In this document: positions 21,484-30,585 of the stretch, piece by piece
Numbering within the stretch: the first letter of the stretch is position 1
Layout of the letters: every line of letters starts with the position of its first letter
Assembly (NCBI GenBank): GCA_037137535.1
Contig: JBAXKC010000007.1
Span: forward strand, 1 to 64,000
Reading direction: 5' to 3'
DNA length: 64,000 nucleotides
From: a bacterium
GTDB taxonomy: Bacteria > Cyanobacteriota > Vampirovibrionia > Gastranaerophilales > JBAXKC01
Notes under the pieces: model-generated
Database searches by the model: none
What the model saw: the letters and a program-made list of their open reading frames with translations, nothing else
What the model was told of the DNA's origin: nothing
Position numbers and translations under genes: made by a program

Positions 21484-22266
21484 TTATGGATAAATTCTTG
21501 AAAATTGTGAAAAATATTGAGCTAATACATTCATAAGCAGCGGCATTGTTAAAATCAAAACAGCTATTCCTAAAACAGGCTTAAACATTGCACTTAACTG
21601 AAATACGTTAACCTGAGGAGCAGTTTTTGAAACTATACCTAAAATAACATCCATAGCAAGCGTTGCCATCAAGACGGGAGCTGAAAGCTGCATTCCTACA
21701 ATAATTACGTTAGAACTTACCATTATTAAATAATCAAGATTCATTAAAGTTTTTAATGGAAAAGCAACACCATATATCGGAAAAATCTCGAAACTTCGCT
21801 GAAAAGCCGCTATTAACCAGTATATGCCTCCTTCTTCAATAAAAATAAGAACAGACAAAAAGGTAAAGGCCTTACCGATAATAGAAGTTTGACCTCTTGA
21901 ACTCGGGTCAAACATTACAGCAGAAGATAATCCCATCTGCATGTTTATAATATCCCCTGCCGAGCCGACAGCTGACATAATAATAGTTCCAATAAGCCCA
22001 ATAATAGCCCCAACTCCGCTATTTAGCAAAATAGAAAGAAACATTGAATTATGAGGTGGAGGATTTGACGGGTTTAAAATACTAACAAAACAAATTGACA
22101 TTAGAAAAGTAAATCCCATTTTAAGCATGAAGGGAACGTCTTTACGGCTAAAAACAGGAGCTGTAGACACAAAACCAAGAAATCTTGCCATAATGTAAAG
22201 CCCTGCTTCAGTTTTCATACTGAATTCAGGAAAGTTTTTAAATACGCTAAGAAAATTTTCTAACAT
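21484..22266 (-). CDS. fliR: Type III export-gate protein FliR/SctT
   Basis: ARFLGFVSTAPVF, AGDIINMQMGLS..MFDP, GIVSKTAPQVNVF; start at MLENF, adjacent to the upstream stop. Confidence 0.92.
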   Translation of the reverse strand: MLENFLSVFKNFPEFSMKTEAGLYIMARFLGFVSTAPVFSRKDVPFMLKMGFTFLMSICFVSILNPSNPPPHNSMFLSILLNSGVGAIIGLIGTIIMSAVGSAGDIINMQMGLSSAVMFDPSSRGQTSIIGKAFTFLSVLIFIEEGGIYWLIAAFQRSFEIFPIYGVAFPLKTLMNLDYLIMVSSNVIIVGMQLSAPVLMATLAMDVILGIVSKTAPQVNVFQLSAMFKPVLGIAVLILTMPLLMNVLAQYFSQFSRIYP

Positions 22267-22267
22267 T

Positions 22268-22693
22268 TCACTTTGCCTTAAATTGTGGTGGTTGGTCAAT
22301 AATCATATTATCATTTAGCTTTAGCGGTTTTAACGGAGGCTTATCTATTTCTATCAAAGAAGCTTCATTATTCTTCTTTATCTGTTTTTGTTTAGTTATC
22401 AGTATTTTATAAATATACAAATTTGTTTTTGTCCAAACAATAAGATTAGTATCTTCCGCCTGCATTGCCGAAATAATCAACTCATAATCATCATTAAATA
22501 TTTTTGTATTTTGTTCAACCTTTAGAGCTTTTGCATTTCCAACTTCAATTTTTTTAAAGTTTTCAGAAAATTTTAAAATGTAAACATCACCTTTGTTAAT
22601 TTTAATTTGCTTAAAAACCTCACTTCTTACTGAGTTTAAAGGCATAAATATTGCTAAAAATAAGATTATAGCCGTAATAACAAAGTTTTTCAT
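22268..22693 (-). CDS. Secreted stand-alone pilus-secretin N-terminal domain (T2SS-T3SS_pil_N-like)
   Basis: Signal peptide, then KGDVYILKFSENFKKIEVGN...ELIISAMQAEDTNLIVWT, which aligns by eye to GKSQLIRFNEPVKRISLTN...ELLLNGKTAGLTSLIIWG of the secretin at 34365..35726. Confidence 0.75.
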   Translation of the reverse strand: MKNFVITAIILFLAIFMPLNSVRSEVFKQIKINKGDVYILKFSENFKKIEVGNAKALKVEQNTKIFNDDYELIISAMQAEDTNLIVWTKTNLYIYKILITKQKQIKKNNEASLIEIDKPPLKPLKLNDNMIIDQPPQFKAK

Positions 22694-22703
22694 TGTTTAC
22701 CTC

Positions 22704-23198
22704 TTATCGTTGAGAGTAAATTCTTCTTGCTTCCGCCATATTCGCACCTACTGAAGGGCCAACATTGGCTTTTCCGTAAGACTCTTTTAGCTTCTTATCA
22801 GAATAAGGCACTTTTCCAGGATGTTTCATCATAGTATCAACATCAGGACGTTTTATAAAACGAAAATCCTTTTCATCTTCATAAAATGGACGTGTTTTCC
22901 CCGGAGGTTCGGGAGCAAGGGCGTAATCACCCTGCTTTGGAATAACTTGAAGCGCCAAATGTATTGAATCTTCAAGGTATTCTGATAATATTTGTGTAAA
23001 AAGCCTACCCATCATTACAATTACGAGGAAAACAGCAAGAATTTTAGGAGCAGCTGCGATTGTTTGTTCCTGTACCTGCGTTACCGCCTGTAATATCCCT
23101 ACTACAAGACCTATACCTGCCGCAACAAGCACAACAGGCATTGAAATAATCAATGTCGCAACAAATCCTTTGGCTAGTTGTTCAAAAAGTAAATCCAC
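22704..23198 (-). CDS. fliQ: FliQ/SctS with a long C-terminal extension
   Basis: PVVLVAAGIGLVVGILQAVTQVQEQTIAAAPK; 164 aa. Confidence 0.9.
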   Translation of the reverse strand: MDLLFEQLAKGFVATLIISMPVVLVAAGIGLVVGILQAVTQVQEQTIAAAPKILAVFLVIVMMGRLFTQILSEYLEDSIHLALQVIPKQGDYALAPEPPGKTRPFYEDEKDFRFIKRPDVDTMMKHPGKVPYSDKKLKESYGKANVGPSVGANMAEARRIYSQR

Positions 23199-23217
23199 TT
23201 TTAGTATTCTCCAAAAT

Positions 23218-23859
23218 TTAATTGAAACTTTGGACGAGATTAGTGACTATAAGCCCCCATCCGTCAATTGCAACAAATATCAATAATTTAAACGGTAACG
23301 AAATAATGGTAGGGGAAAGCATCATCATACCCAGAGCCAGCAATATATTCGCAACCACAAGGTCAATGACGACGAAAGGTATAAATATCAAGAAACCAAT
23401 CTCAAAGGAGGTCTTTAATTCACTAATGATGTATGCAGGAGCTACTTCAAAAATACTTATCTCCGTAATATCCTTAGGTGGAGTTTTTCTCATTAATTTG
23501 ATAAAGAAAGCAACGTCTTTTTCACTGGTCTGCCTTAACATAAATCGCTTAAGGGGCTCAGAACCTTCCTTTATGGCTAAAGGCAGCGATCCAGTCTGAA
23601 CATAAGGTTTATTGCCCGCGTCATACATCTGTTGAAAAGTAGGCCCCATTGTATAAAAAGTCAAAATTAGTGATAAACCTATAATTACCATCCCCGGCGG
23701 AACTTGCTGTGTACCAAGAGCCGTTTTAAGAATTGAAAATACAATAGTAAATCTTAAAAAACTGGTCATACAGACAAAAACAAATGGCAACAAAGAAAAA
23801 ATCGCCATCGTTATAAGTAGCTGAATAGCGGGATCTAATGTTTTTAGCGTCTGGTCCAT
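23218..23859 (-). CDS. fliP: FliP/SctR lacking an N-terminal signal peptide
   Basis: MTSFLRF..LGTQQVPP, PAYIISELKTSFEIGF, GMMMLSPTIISLPFKL..DGW; 213 aa. Confidence 0.95.
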   Translation of the reverse strand: MDQTLKTLDPAIQLLITMAIFSLLPFVFVCMTSFLRFTIVFSILKTALGTQQVPPGMVIIGLSLILTFYTMGPTFQQMYDAGNKPYVQTGSLPLAIKEGSEPLKRFMLRQTSEKDVAFFIKLMRKTPPKDITEISIFEVAPAYIISELKTSFEIGFLIFIPFVVIDLVVANILLALGMMMLSPTIISLPFKLLIFVAIDGWGLIVTNLVQSFN

Positions 23860-23873
23860 ATTATCTCCTGAAA

Positions 23874-24281
23874 TTATTTTCGATTAATAAAATTCTTTAA
23901 CATATTACATAAAGGATTTTGCGGATTATTAAAATTTAAAAGCTCTTCCATTGGAAACTCTTTTAAAGGAAGTTTTTCATCTATTATTTGATTTTCCCCT
24001 TGTTGAATTTCAACTTGTTGAGGAATATTATTATCATCAAGTTTAGTCAGAAAATTTATGTTATTTAAATCACTTGATACTAAAAATCTTTCATTGCCTG
24101 CTTTAACAAGATAAATTGATTTTCTTGGTTCAAGAGGTAAAATTCCTTCAAGTTCAAGAAATCCGTTTTTCATTTTATTTGTTGAAAATTGTAAGGTTTT
24201 TTTAGCGATAACTATGGCAACAAAAATCAAGCCCATCATTGCCAGCATATACACTATAAAGCCTGTTAAGTGGTGATACAT
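23874..24281 (-). CDS. fliO: FliO-like protein
   Basis: N-terminal TM, then LPLEPRKSIYLVKAGNERFLVSS...INFLTKL; directly upstream of fliP. Confidence 0.75.
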   Translation of the reverse strand: MYHHLTGFIVYMLAMMGLIFVAIVIAKKTLQFSTNKMKNGFLELEGILPLEPRKSIYLVKAGNERFLVSSDLNNINFLTKLDDNNIPQQVEIQQGENQIIDEKLPLKEFPMEELLNFNNPQNPLCNMLKNFINRK

Positions 24282-24292
24282 ATTTATTTTCC

Positions 24293-25501
24293 CTATAAAT
24301 CATCATCAATTTCAAAATCACTATAATCAAAATCAGAATCATCCATTTCTTCGAGGTTAATCTGTTCGCCCTCACCCATATTTTCTGAATAATCCTCATT
24401 TGACGGTTCTTCTTGTTCCGGTTCAGCTTGTGGCTTAGGATCATGATAAACCTTATTTATCTTAACTCCATATTTATCGCCTATTATAACAAGTTCACCT
24501 GATGCAATCTTTTTACTTTCAACGCTTAAAGTTATTTCGTTTCGCACAATAGGTGCTATATCTACAACAAGACCTTCTGAAATTTGCCTTAATTCGCCAA
24601 GAGTCATTTTTATCTTTTCAAATTCGGCAGATACATCCACCTGAAGGCTATCCCATATATCTTGAATTGAACGCTGTTCCATGTCAGTCATTTCAACTTC
24701 GTCCTCATCATCAATATCCACAACAATAGAAGGATTAGGGTTTACATTAAATAATATAGGCTCATGTGCCAATATTGTCATTTGATTTAAATTACTATTC
24801 TCTAATATTATATAATCATCCGACTCAAGATTTTTTATTCCTTCGAGCGTTATTTTTGATTTTCCTACATAAATACTAGCCATAGTAGCACTTTGTTCAA
24901 ATTGCATAATATCCAGCAAGTCATTTTGCTCTTCAATATATTGTACTTGCTTATAAATAAATTCAGGGAATGATATTACTAACTTCCCCACACTTTCTTC
25001 CTCATGTTGTTCTGAATAAAGAGAAAATGTTAAATGAAGCATTTTTTTATAATTGCTGCCCTGTGATATAAATTTTAATGCTTTTTTTCCGGAAAGAAAC
25101 AATTCTTTAAAATTTTTAAAAAGATACTCAATATAAACTGTTAAAATTCGGCTTTCCAACTTTGTTATATCTTTTATTCGAATTTCTTCAAACGTTCCGT
25201 TTTTTCCACCAAGAGAATTATACAAAACAATACCGGCGGCATCGGACGAAATTTTAAAAGTAATAGCGCATTTATCATTAAGGCTTATTTGAGTAACAAA
25301 AAACTCTTCACCTTTCCAAATATTATCATTAGAAGTCATTGAGATCAGCTTAAAATATAAATTCGCATTAAGAATAGAATGACTTATTTCTTGTAAAGAA
25401 GGGCAAAATGCATTTTCAAACATGGTAAAACTGCGGCTATAATCAAGATGACCACTATATCCGTCACTTTCTATATGATAATTATGCTGAGAACTCGTCA
25501 T
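24293..25501 (-). CDS. FliM/FliN-family C-ring protein with two SpoA domains (SctQ-like)
   Basis: SIYVGKSKITLEGIKNLESDDYIIL and VSAEFEKIKMTLGEL...IASGELVIIGDKYGVKI; GGAG RBS before MTSSQ. Confidence 0.85.
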   Translation of the reverse strand: MTSSQHNYHIESDGYSGHLDYSRSFTMFENAFCPSLQEISHSILNANLYFKLISMTSNDNIWKGEEFFVTQISLNDKCAITFKISSDAAGIVLYNSLGGKNGTFEEIRIKDITKLESRILTVYIEYLFKNFKELFLSGKKALKFISQGSNYKKMLHLTFSLYSEQHEEESVGKLVISFPEFIYKQVQYIEEQNDLLDIMQFEQSATMASIYVGKSKITLEGIKNLESDDYIILENSNLNQMTILAHEPILFNVNPNPSIVVDIDDEDEVEMTDMEQRSIQDIWDSLQVDVSAEFEKIKMTLGELRQISEGLVVDIAPIVRNEITLSVESKKIASGELVIIGDKYGVKINKVYHDPKPQAEPEQEEPSNEDYSENMGEGEQINLEEMDDSDFDYSDFEIDDDL

Positions 25502-25568
25502 TTTACTCCGCCCGACACTATGCATTCTTTAATTTTAATGATGATATAAAGACAGTAAACCCCTAATA

Positions 25569-25595
25569 TAAAACTATATTTTTTTTAGCCGATAC
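25569..25595 (+). promoter_or_regulatory. Sigma-28 (FliA/SigD)-type promoter facing the GAF histidine kinase
   Basis: TAAA-N15-GCCGATAC. Confidence 0.6.
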
Positions 25596-25767
25596 ACATC
25601 AATCGTCTAATGTAATTATATGCTGAATAGTTTAGTTATGAAAGTTTAATAAGAAATATTTAAAAAAAACTACAAATATAATCTTCAAAAAATTATAGAA
25701 AATAGGGCAATTAAACTTATTTAATTTAATGATTATTATGAATTTATAAATTTAGGAGATATTTATT

Positions 25768-28098
25768 TTGTCTAAAAATAATAAAAAAAATAAAGAAAAT
25801 CCTCTCTTTAATTTGGATTCTGAAACTAAAAATAATAGAAAAACACAAAAAACAACTGTTCATGTCCTTGCTAATATTTTAAGTATAGATAACTGCCATT
25901 TTATTGAATATGATGAAAATTCTATTCCTAAATTCGCCGAAGTAGGGTTTAACTATTCAAATAAACAAACTCCAATCAGTAATAATCTCAATGAAGATTA
26001 TGATTTTAATTGCTTGACTGATTTATTAATAAATTTATATAAAGAAAAAAAAGAAAATAAACTTTATATTAAAGATATCGAAGAATATATTAAAAATAAC
26101 AATATTTCATCAGATAAAATTAAAAAATTCTTTAAAGATTTAAATTTTAAGTCAGGTTTATTTCTTTCAGTATTTGAAGATGATAAACCTAAAAGTATAT
26201 TTATAACTAACTTTACAGAAAAAACCATGGCACCGGGTGCTGAAAAAAAATTAATCGAATATGATGAAAACTTTATTAAAATATTAATTGATTATGTGGA
26301 TTTGATTATTACTAAAAATGAAATGGAATCCATAATAAAGAAAATGAGCAAAAGCTCTGACTTATTAAAAGAAATAAGACATTTAGTTGAAAAATCATTA
26401 GATATTAATGTAATTAAGTCAGGTATTATAAAGGAATTAGTAAAAGTTTTTAATCCTGACAGATGCTTTTTTAGAGTTTATGACAATAATAGAAAAATTT
26501 TATATTCTGTTGAAAATGAATATCTTGTAAGTCGTGATGTTGAATCAATAACTTATTATATTTATCCGAGGGAAGCAAACGAATACAGCATTTTAAATTA
26601 TTCCGAAAAAGGTACATATATAGTTGAAGATGTTGACTCATTTATAAATGAACATAACTATTCGCAAATTTCCCATTTAAAACAAACTATTCGTGTTTTT
26701 AAAGAACAGAATTTAAAATCTTTTTATGGATTTGCTATTTATTATGAAGATAAATTAGCTGGAATTTTAGAACTTCAATATACTAAGGAAAAAGTAATTC
26801 TAACGAAGGAAAACATTCATACTCTTAAAAATATAGCAACTCAAGCAAGTATTGCATTAAAAGAGGCAGAGTTTTTTGAATTTCAAAAATATACTGCAAA
26901 AAAAGAGCGCATTTTAAGAGAAATTACGGAGCAATTATTTCTTATCAATGAAGAAAATGAATTATTTGACTACATTCTTAAAAAAATTGTTGAAATATTT
27001 AATATAGATGGGGCAATGTTTATTGAAATCCCTCAAGAAAAAGGATCATCTCCAACAATAAAATATGAATATCAAACAGATACCCGTTTTCCTTCGTTGT
27101 TACATGCAGAATTACCTGTTGAATGCTTGAAAACTTATGGACATATGATATCCACATTTTTTCCTGTTGTTGTTAATAATACACATAATTTTTACGCAGA
27201 TGAACAAGGAAGACAATGTTTTTATAATCAATATTTAGTTGAAGCGTTTATGACTACTCCTATTATAACAGAGACTTATCCTCATTTAGCAATAGGAGGG
27301 ATGGTTCTTTTTACTCATTCTCCAAGAATTTGGTTAAAAAATGAAATAGATTTTATGAGGGGTATTGATGATGTTATAATGAGTGCTATAAATCGAATTA
27401 AAAGATTAAGAGAACTTGACGAATTAAGAAACTCTTTCATCCAAACAATGACTCATGATTTACAAATACCCTTGGTCGGAGAAAATAAAGCTCTTGAATA
27501 TTTATTAAAAAAATCCGACAATGAAACTATTGGGAGCATTAAACCGATACTGAATGAATTAAAATTAAATAATGAATATAGTCATGAAGCATTAATTAAG
27601 TATATTGAAATATATAAATATGAATCAGGATCAAGAACGTTAAACTTAAAAAATATAAATATCTCAACTGTTGCTGATAAAGCAATTAAGAATATAGAAC
27701 ATTTAATCACAAGTAAGAATATTGATTTTAAAATTAATATTCAAAATAATCTTCCATTATTAAAAATGGAGGCACAAGAAATATCTAAAGTAATTTATAA
27801 CTTTATAGACAATGCTATTTCATATTCCGAGGAAAATTCAAAAATTGAACTGAATATAAAAGAAAATAAAGATAAAATTTATGTTTGCGTAAATAATAAT
27901 GGTCCGGCAATACCTAAAGAACTGCAATCTATGATATTTAATCGCTTTAAAATGATAGAAAGAACTGAAAGAAAAGTTGGTTCAGGATTAAGCTTATATT
28001 TGAGTAAATTAATAATAGAAGCTCATGGCGGCTCTATTTGGTATGAAACAAATCAAAAAAATGGCTCAATGTTTTGTTTTACTCTTCCAAAAGAATAA
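25768..28098 (+). CDS. Cytoplasmic multi-GAF sensor histidine kinase
   Basis: GAF-like repeats (FNPDRCFF, RIWLKNEIDF), THDLQIPL H-box, NFIDNAISYS, GSGLSLYL..IIEAHGG. Confidence 0.88.
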   Translation: MSKNNKKNKENPLFNLDSETKNNRKTQKTTVHVLANILSIDNCHFIEYDENSIPKFAEVGFNYSNKQTPISNNLNEDYDFNCLTDLLINLYKEKKENKLYIKDIEEYIKNNNISSDKIKKFFKDLNFKSGLFLSVFEDDKPKSIFITNFTEKTMAPGAEKKLIEYDENFIKILIDYVDLIITKNEMESIIKKMSKSSDLLKEIRHLVEKSLDINVIKSGIIKELVKVFNPDRCFFRVYDNNRKILYSVENEYLVSRDVESITYYIYPREANEYSILNYSEKGTYIVEDVDSFINEHNYSQISHLKQTIRVFKEQNLKSFYGFAIYYEDKLAGILELQYTKEKVILTKENIHTLKNIATQASIALKEAEFFEFQKYTAKKERILREITEQLFLINEENELFDYILKKIVEIFNIDGAMFIEIPQEKGSSPTIKYEYQTDTRFPSLLHAELPVECLKTYGHMISTFFPVVVNNTHNFYADEQGRQCFYNQYLVEAFMTTPIITETYPHLAIGGMVLFTHSPRIWLKNEIDFMRGIDDVIMSAINRIKRLRELDELRNSFIQTMTHDLQIPLVGENKALEYLLKKSDNETIGSIKPILNELKLNNEYSHEALIKYIEIYKYESGSRTLNLKNINISTVADKAIKNIEHLITSKNIDFKINIQNNLPLLKMEAQEISKVIYNFIDNAISYSEENSKIELNIKENKDKIYVCVNNNGPAIPKELQSMIFNRFKMIERTERKVGSGLSLYLSKLIIEAHGGSIWYETNQKNGSMFCFTLPKE

Positions 28099-28121
28099 CC
28101 GGATAGCAATTATTATTTTGG

Positions 28122-28145
28122 AATGCGTTATATAGATAACGCATT
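28122..28145. promoter_or_regulatory. Perfect hairpin between the kinase and the 28160 gene (terminator or operator)
   Basis: AATGCGTTAT-ATAG-ATAACGCATT. Confidence 0.5.
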
Positions 28146-28159
28146 ATAAGGTTTTTCAA

Positions 28160-29635
28160 ATGAAGAATATAACATCAAGACCACAAATCATTTTAAATAC
28201 TAATAATTGGGCAAAAAGAAAAAATCTGAACGTATCAAGTTCAGAAACACTTACTGAAAAAAATTATGACTTGAATTTTAAAGGAAACCCTTTTGCCATT
28301 TTAGGTCAAATATTTCAACCTTCTATTAAAAAAACTGCTGCAAATATGAACGATGTTGCTTTTTTTAAAGAAATTATCGAAAAAATAAAGCTCACCACAA
28401 AAGGTAATGATACCTTAGAAAAACTTATTGAAGACAGTTTTCATAAAATTGATAAAACTAAAGTTACTGATCCCTTTGAATATATTTTTTCTGAATTACA
28501 CAAAGGAATAGAAAAAGCAGAAAAACATCTTCAAAAGGCGAATGAAAGCAAAAACATAAATGATTACAGAAAAGCCGAACATTATTATAAAATATCGGCA
28601 AATTATATAGATAAATTAAATAAAAATATAAACAATCATACAATTAATTCTAAGAATGGAGTATCAGTTTCAAATTTACGAGATAATTTTAAAATTTCAA
28701 ACTTATGCAATAACTTTATTGAAAAAACAAATCAAAAACAGATTGAATGCAGAAATAATATCTTTAAAATAAATATTTCGCCGGAAGCTTTAGCTCAAAC
28801 AAACGCACAAGAAACAGCAAAATATAAAGCTATTAAAAATGGCAATGGTTTTTATCGAATGACAGAACAATTAATTGACGGGCAGAGGATAAGCATGTAT
28901 TCAAACCAAAGAATGACTTATACCAAAGAAGGTGTGCCTATTCCTTATAAAAATTTCAAAAAAGGACTCACTACTTTTGTTGTTGACTTAAGCAAAGATA
29001 ATCAGTTAAAAAAGAACTTAGATTTTTTCAATAATACCATTTTGGCTTTTGAAAAATTAAAAGGAAAAAATTTAGACGATTTAGAAAAAATCAAACATTT
29101 ATGTTGCACGATGAAACAAATATTCCCTGAAAAAGGTTATATTCAAAATAACAAGGGGGAAACAGTTAATTTACTAACTTGGAGCAATAAACATGTGCCA
29201 CATAGAGACATACTTCTTGGAGAATTTATTTCAGGAACTAAAGACGGAATAAGACCAGGTGAAGCCGTTTGTCTTCAACAGTCAATGATTGCCAAAGTTT
29301 TTGGTGAAAATAACGGAATGAATGTTGATTTAATAATCAATAAAGATCATGCATGGACAGAAATAAAAAGTAAAAATGGAGACAAATTTTTATTTGATCC
29401 AAGAGCTGGAATCATAGCAGATTTTAAAAATGCAACTATATACTCTTATGATTCATATTTTGGAAGCATTGAAACATATGACAAAGACTTTATTATCAGA
29501 ATGATTGAATACAAAAACAATAAGCCCTTAACTCCTGATTTCAAGCAAAAGGTTACTAATAAAGAATTACTTAGAATGTATTTAAGTTCTATTTATCAGA
29601 ATGAAGTCGGAAAATCTATCTATGATAAAATATAG
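28160..29635 (+). CDS. Orphan protein with LNFKG motif and C-terminal transglutaminase-like Cys-His-Asp core
   Basis: GEAVCLQQS...DHAWTEI...FLFDP. Confidence 0.65.
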   Translation: MKNITSRPQIILNTNNWAKRKNLNVSSSETLTEKNYDLNFKGNPFAILGQIFQPSIKKTAANMNDVAFFKEIIEKIKLTTKGNDTLEKLIEDSFHKIDKTKVTDPFEYIFSELHKGIEKAEKHLQKANESKNINDYRKAEHYYKISANYIDKLNKNINNHTINSKNGVSVSNLRDNFKISNLCNNFIEKTNQKQIECRNNIFKINISPEALAQTNAQETAKYKAIKNGNGFYRMTEQLIDGQRISMYSNQRMTYTKEGVPIPYKNFKKGLTTFVVDLSKDNQLKKNLDFFNNTILAFEKLKGKNLDDLEKIKHLCCTMKQIFPEKGYIQNNKGETVNLLTWSNKHVPHRDILLGEFISGTKDGIRPGEAVCLQQSMIAKVFGENNGMNVDLIINKDHAWTEIKSKNGDKFLFDPRAGIIADFKNATIYSYDSYFGSIETYDKDFIIRMIEYKNNKPLTPDFKQKVTNKELLRMYLSSIYQNEVGKSIYDKI

Positions 29636-29639
29636 CAGA

Positions 29640-30572
29640 CTATTTTCCTATACCCGATTTGCCAAAAGTGCCCATAAGGCTTATTGCCGCAGGTCCCATT
29701 AAAACTATAAACATTGAAGGTAATATAAATAAGACCATCGGAATTATCATCTTTACACTTGCTTTAGCCGCAAGAGCTTCAACACGTTGACGTCTTCTTG
29801 TTCTTACGGTATCGGCATAGACGCGTAAAGATTGAGCTATACTTGTTCCCAACTTATCGGTCTGAATTAATAAAGCTGTAAAACTTTTCAAATCAGGGAC
29901 ATTATTTCTATTTGCAAGATTTCTGAAAGCATCCTGCCTTTGAACACCTGCTAAAATATCTTTATTTACTTTTCCAAGCTCTTTTGCAAGAACAGGAGCC
30001 GTTCGGTTAAATTCCACCGATACTCTTGATAACGCAGCATCTAAACCTAATCCGGCTTCAACGCATACGGTTAATAAGTCTAACGCATCAGGAAGATTAT
30101 AAGCTATATCGTCGGAACGTTTTTTAATTATTGATTTTAATTGAAAATCCGGAAATTTAAACATTCCATAAGTGCAAATAAATAGAGAAAATAACGAAAA
30201 TAAAGGAGCTGACCTGTTCATAAGAGACATACAAATTCCGATAATGACACCCATTAAAGCAAAAAATATTTTTTTCAATACGAATTTAGAGGCTTCTTCT
30301 TCTCCTGAAGCATAGCCTGCCTCTAAAAGAAGTTGTCTTGTCGATTTCATTTTATCTTTGCGTTTTAAAAAACTTGCTAAAAATGGCTCTAATAACTTAT
30401 AGATTTCTTCTTTAAGACTAAATTTTTCTTCTTTGTTTTCTTCTTCTATATGATTAACTTGTGAAATCTTCGTTAATCTTGCTTGAAGAAGATCATTATG
30501 TTCATCATCAATAAAAATATATATTAAAATAGAAATTGAAATTATTAAAAACATAAGAATAATGATATTCAT
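29640..30572 (-). CDS. tadC: Tad inner-membrane platform protein TadC
   Basis: LPDALDLLTVCVEAGLGLDAAL, LIQTDKLGTSIAQSLRV, KMIIPMVLFILP. Confidence 0.93.
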   Translation of the reverse strand: MNIIILMFLIISISILIYIFIDDEHNDLLQARLTKISQVNHIEEENKEEKFSLKEEIYKLLEPFLASFLKRKDKMKSTRQLLLEAGYASGEEEASKFVLKKIFFALMGVIIGICMSLMNRSAPLFSLFSLFICTYGMFKFPDFQLKSIIKKRSDDIAYNLPDALDLLTVCVEAGLGLDAALSRVSVEFNRTAPVLAKELGKVNKDILAGVQRQDAFRNLANRNNVPDLKSFTALLIQTDKLGTSIAQSLRVYADTVRTRRRQRVEALAAKASVKMIIPMVLFILPSMFIVLMGPAAISLMGTFGKSGIGK

Positions 30573-30585
30573 TTAAATCTACTCC

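Noticed and set aside
21484-25501. Calling this simply a flagellar operon
   Set aside because: Not excluded (an MCP is in the window), but the pil_N insert, signal-less FliP, SctQ-like C-ring and absence of flanking flagellar genes argue against a routine call
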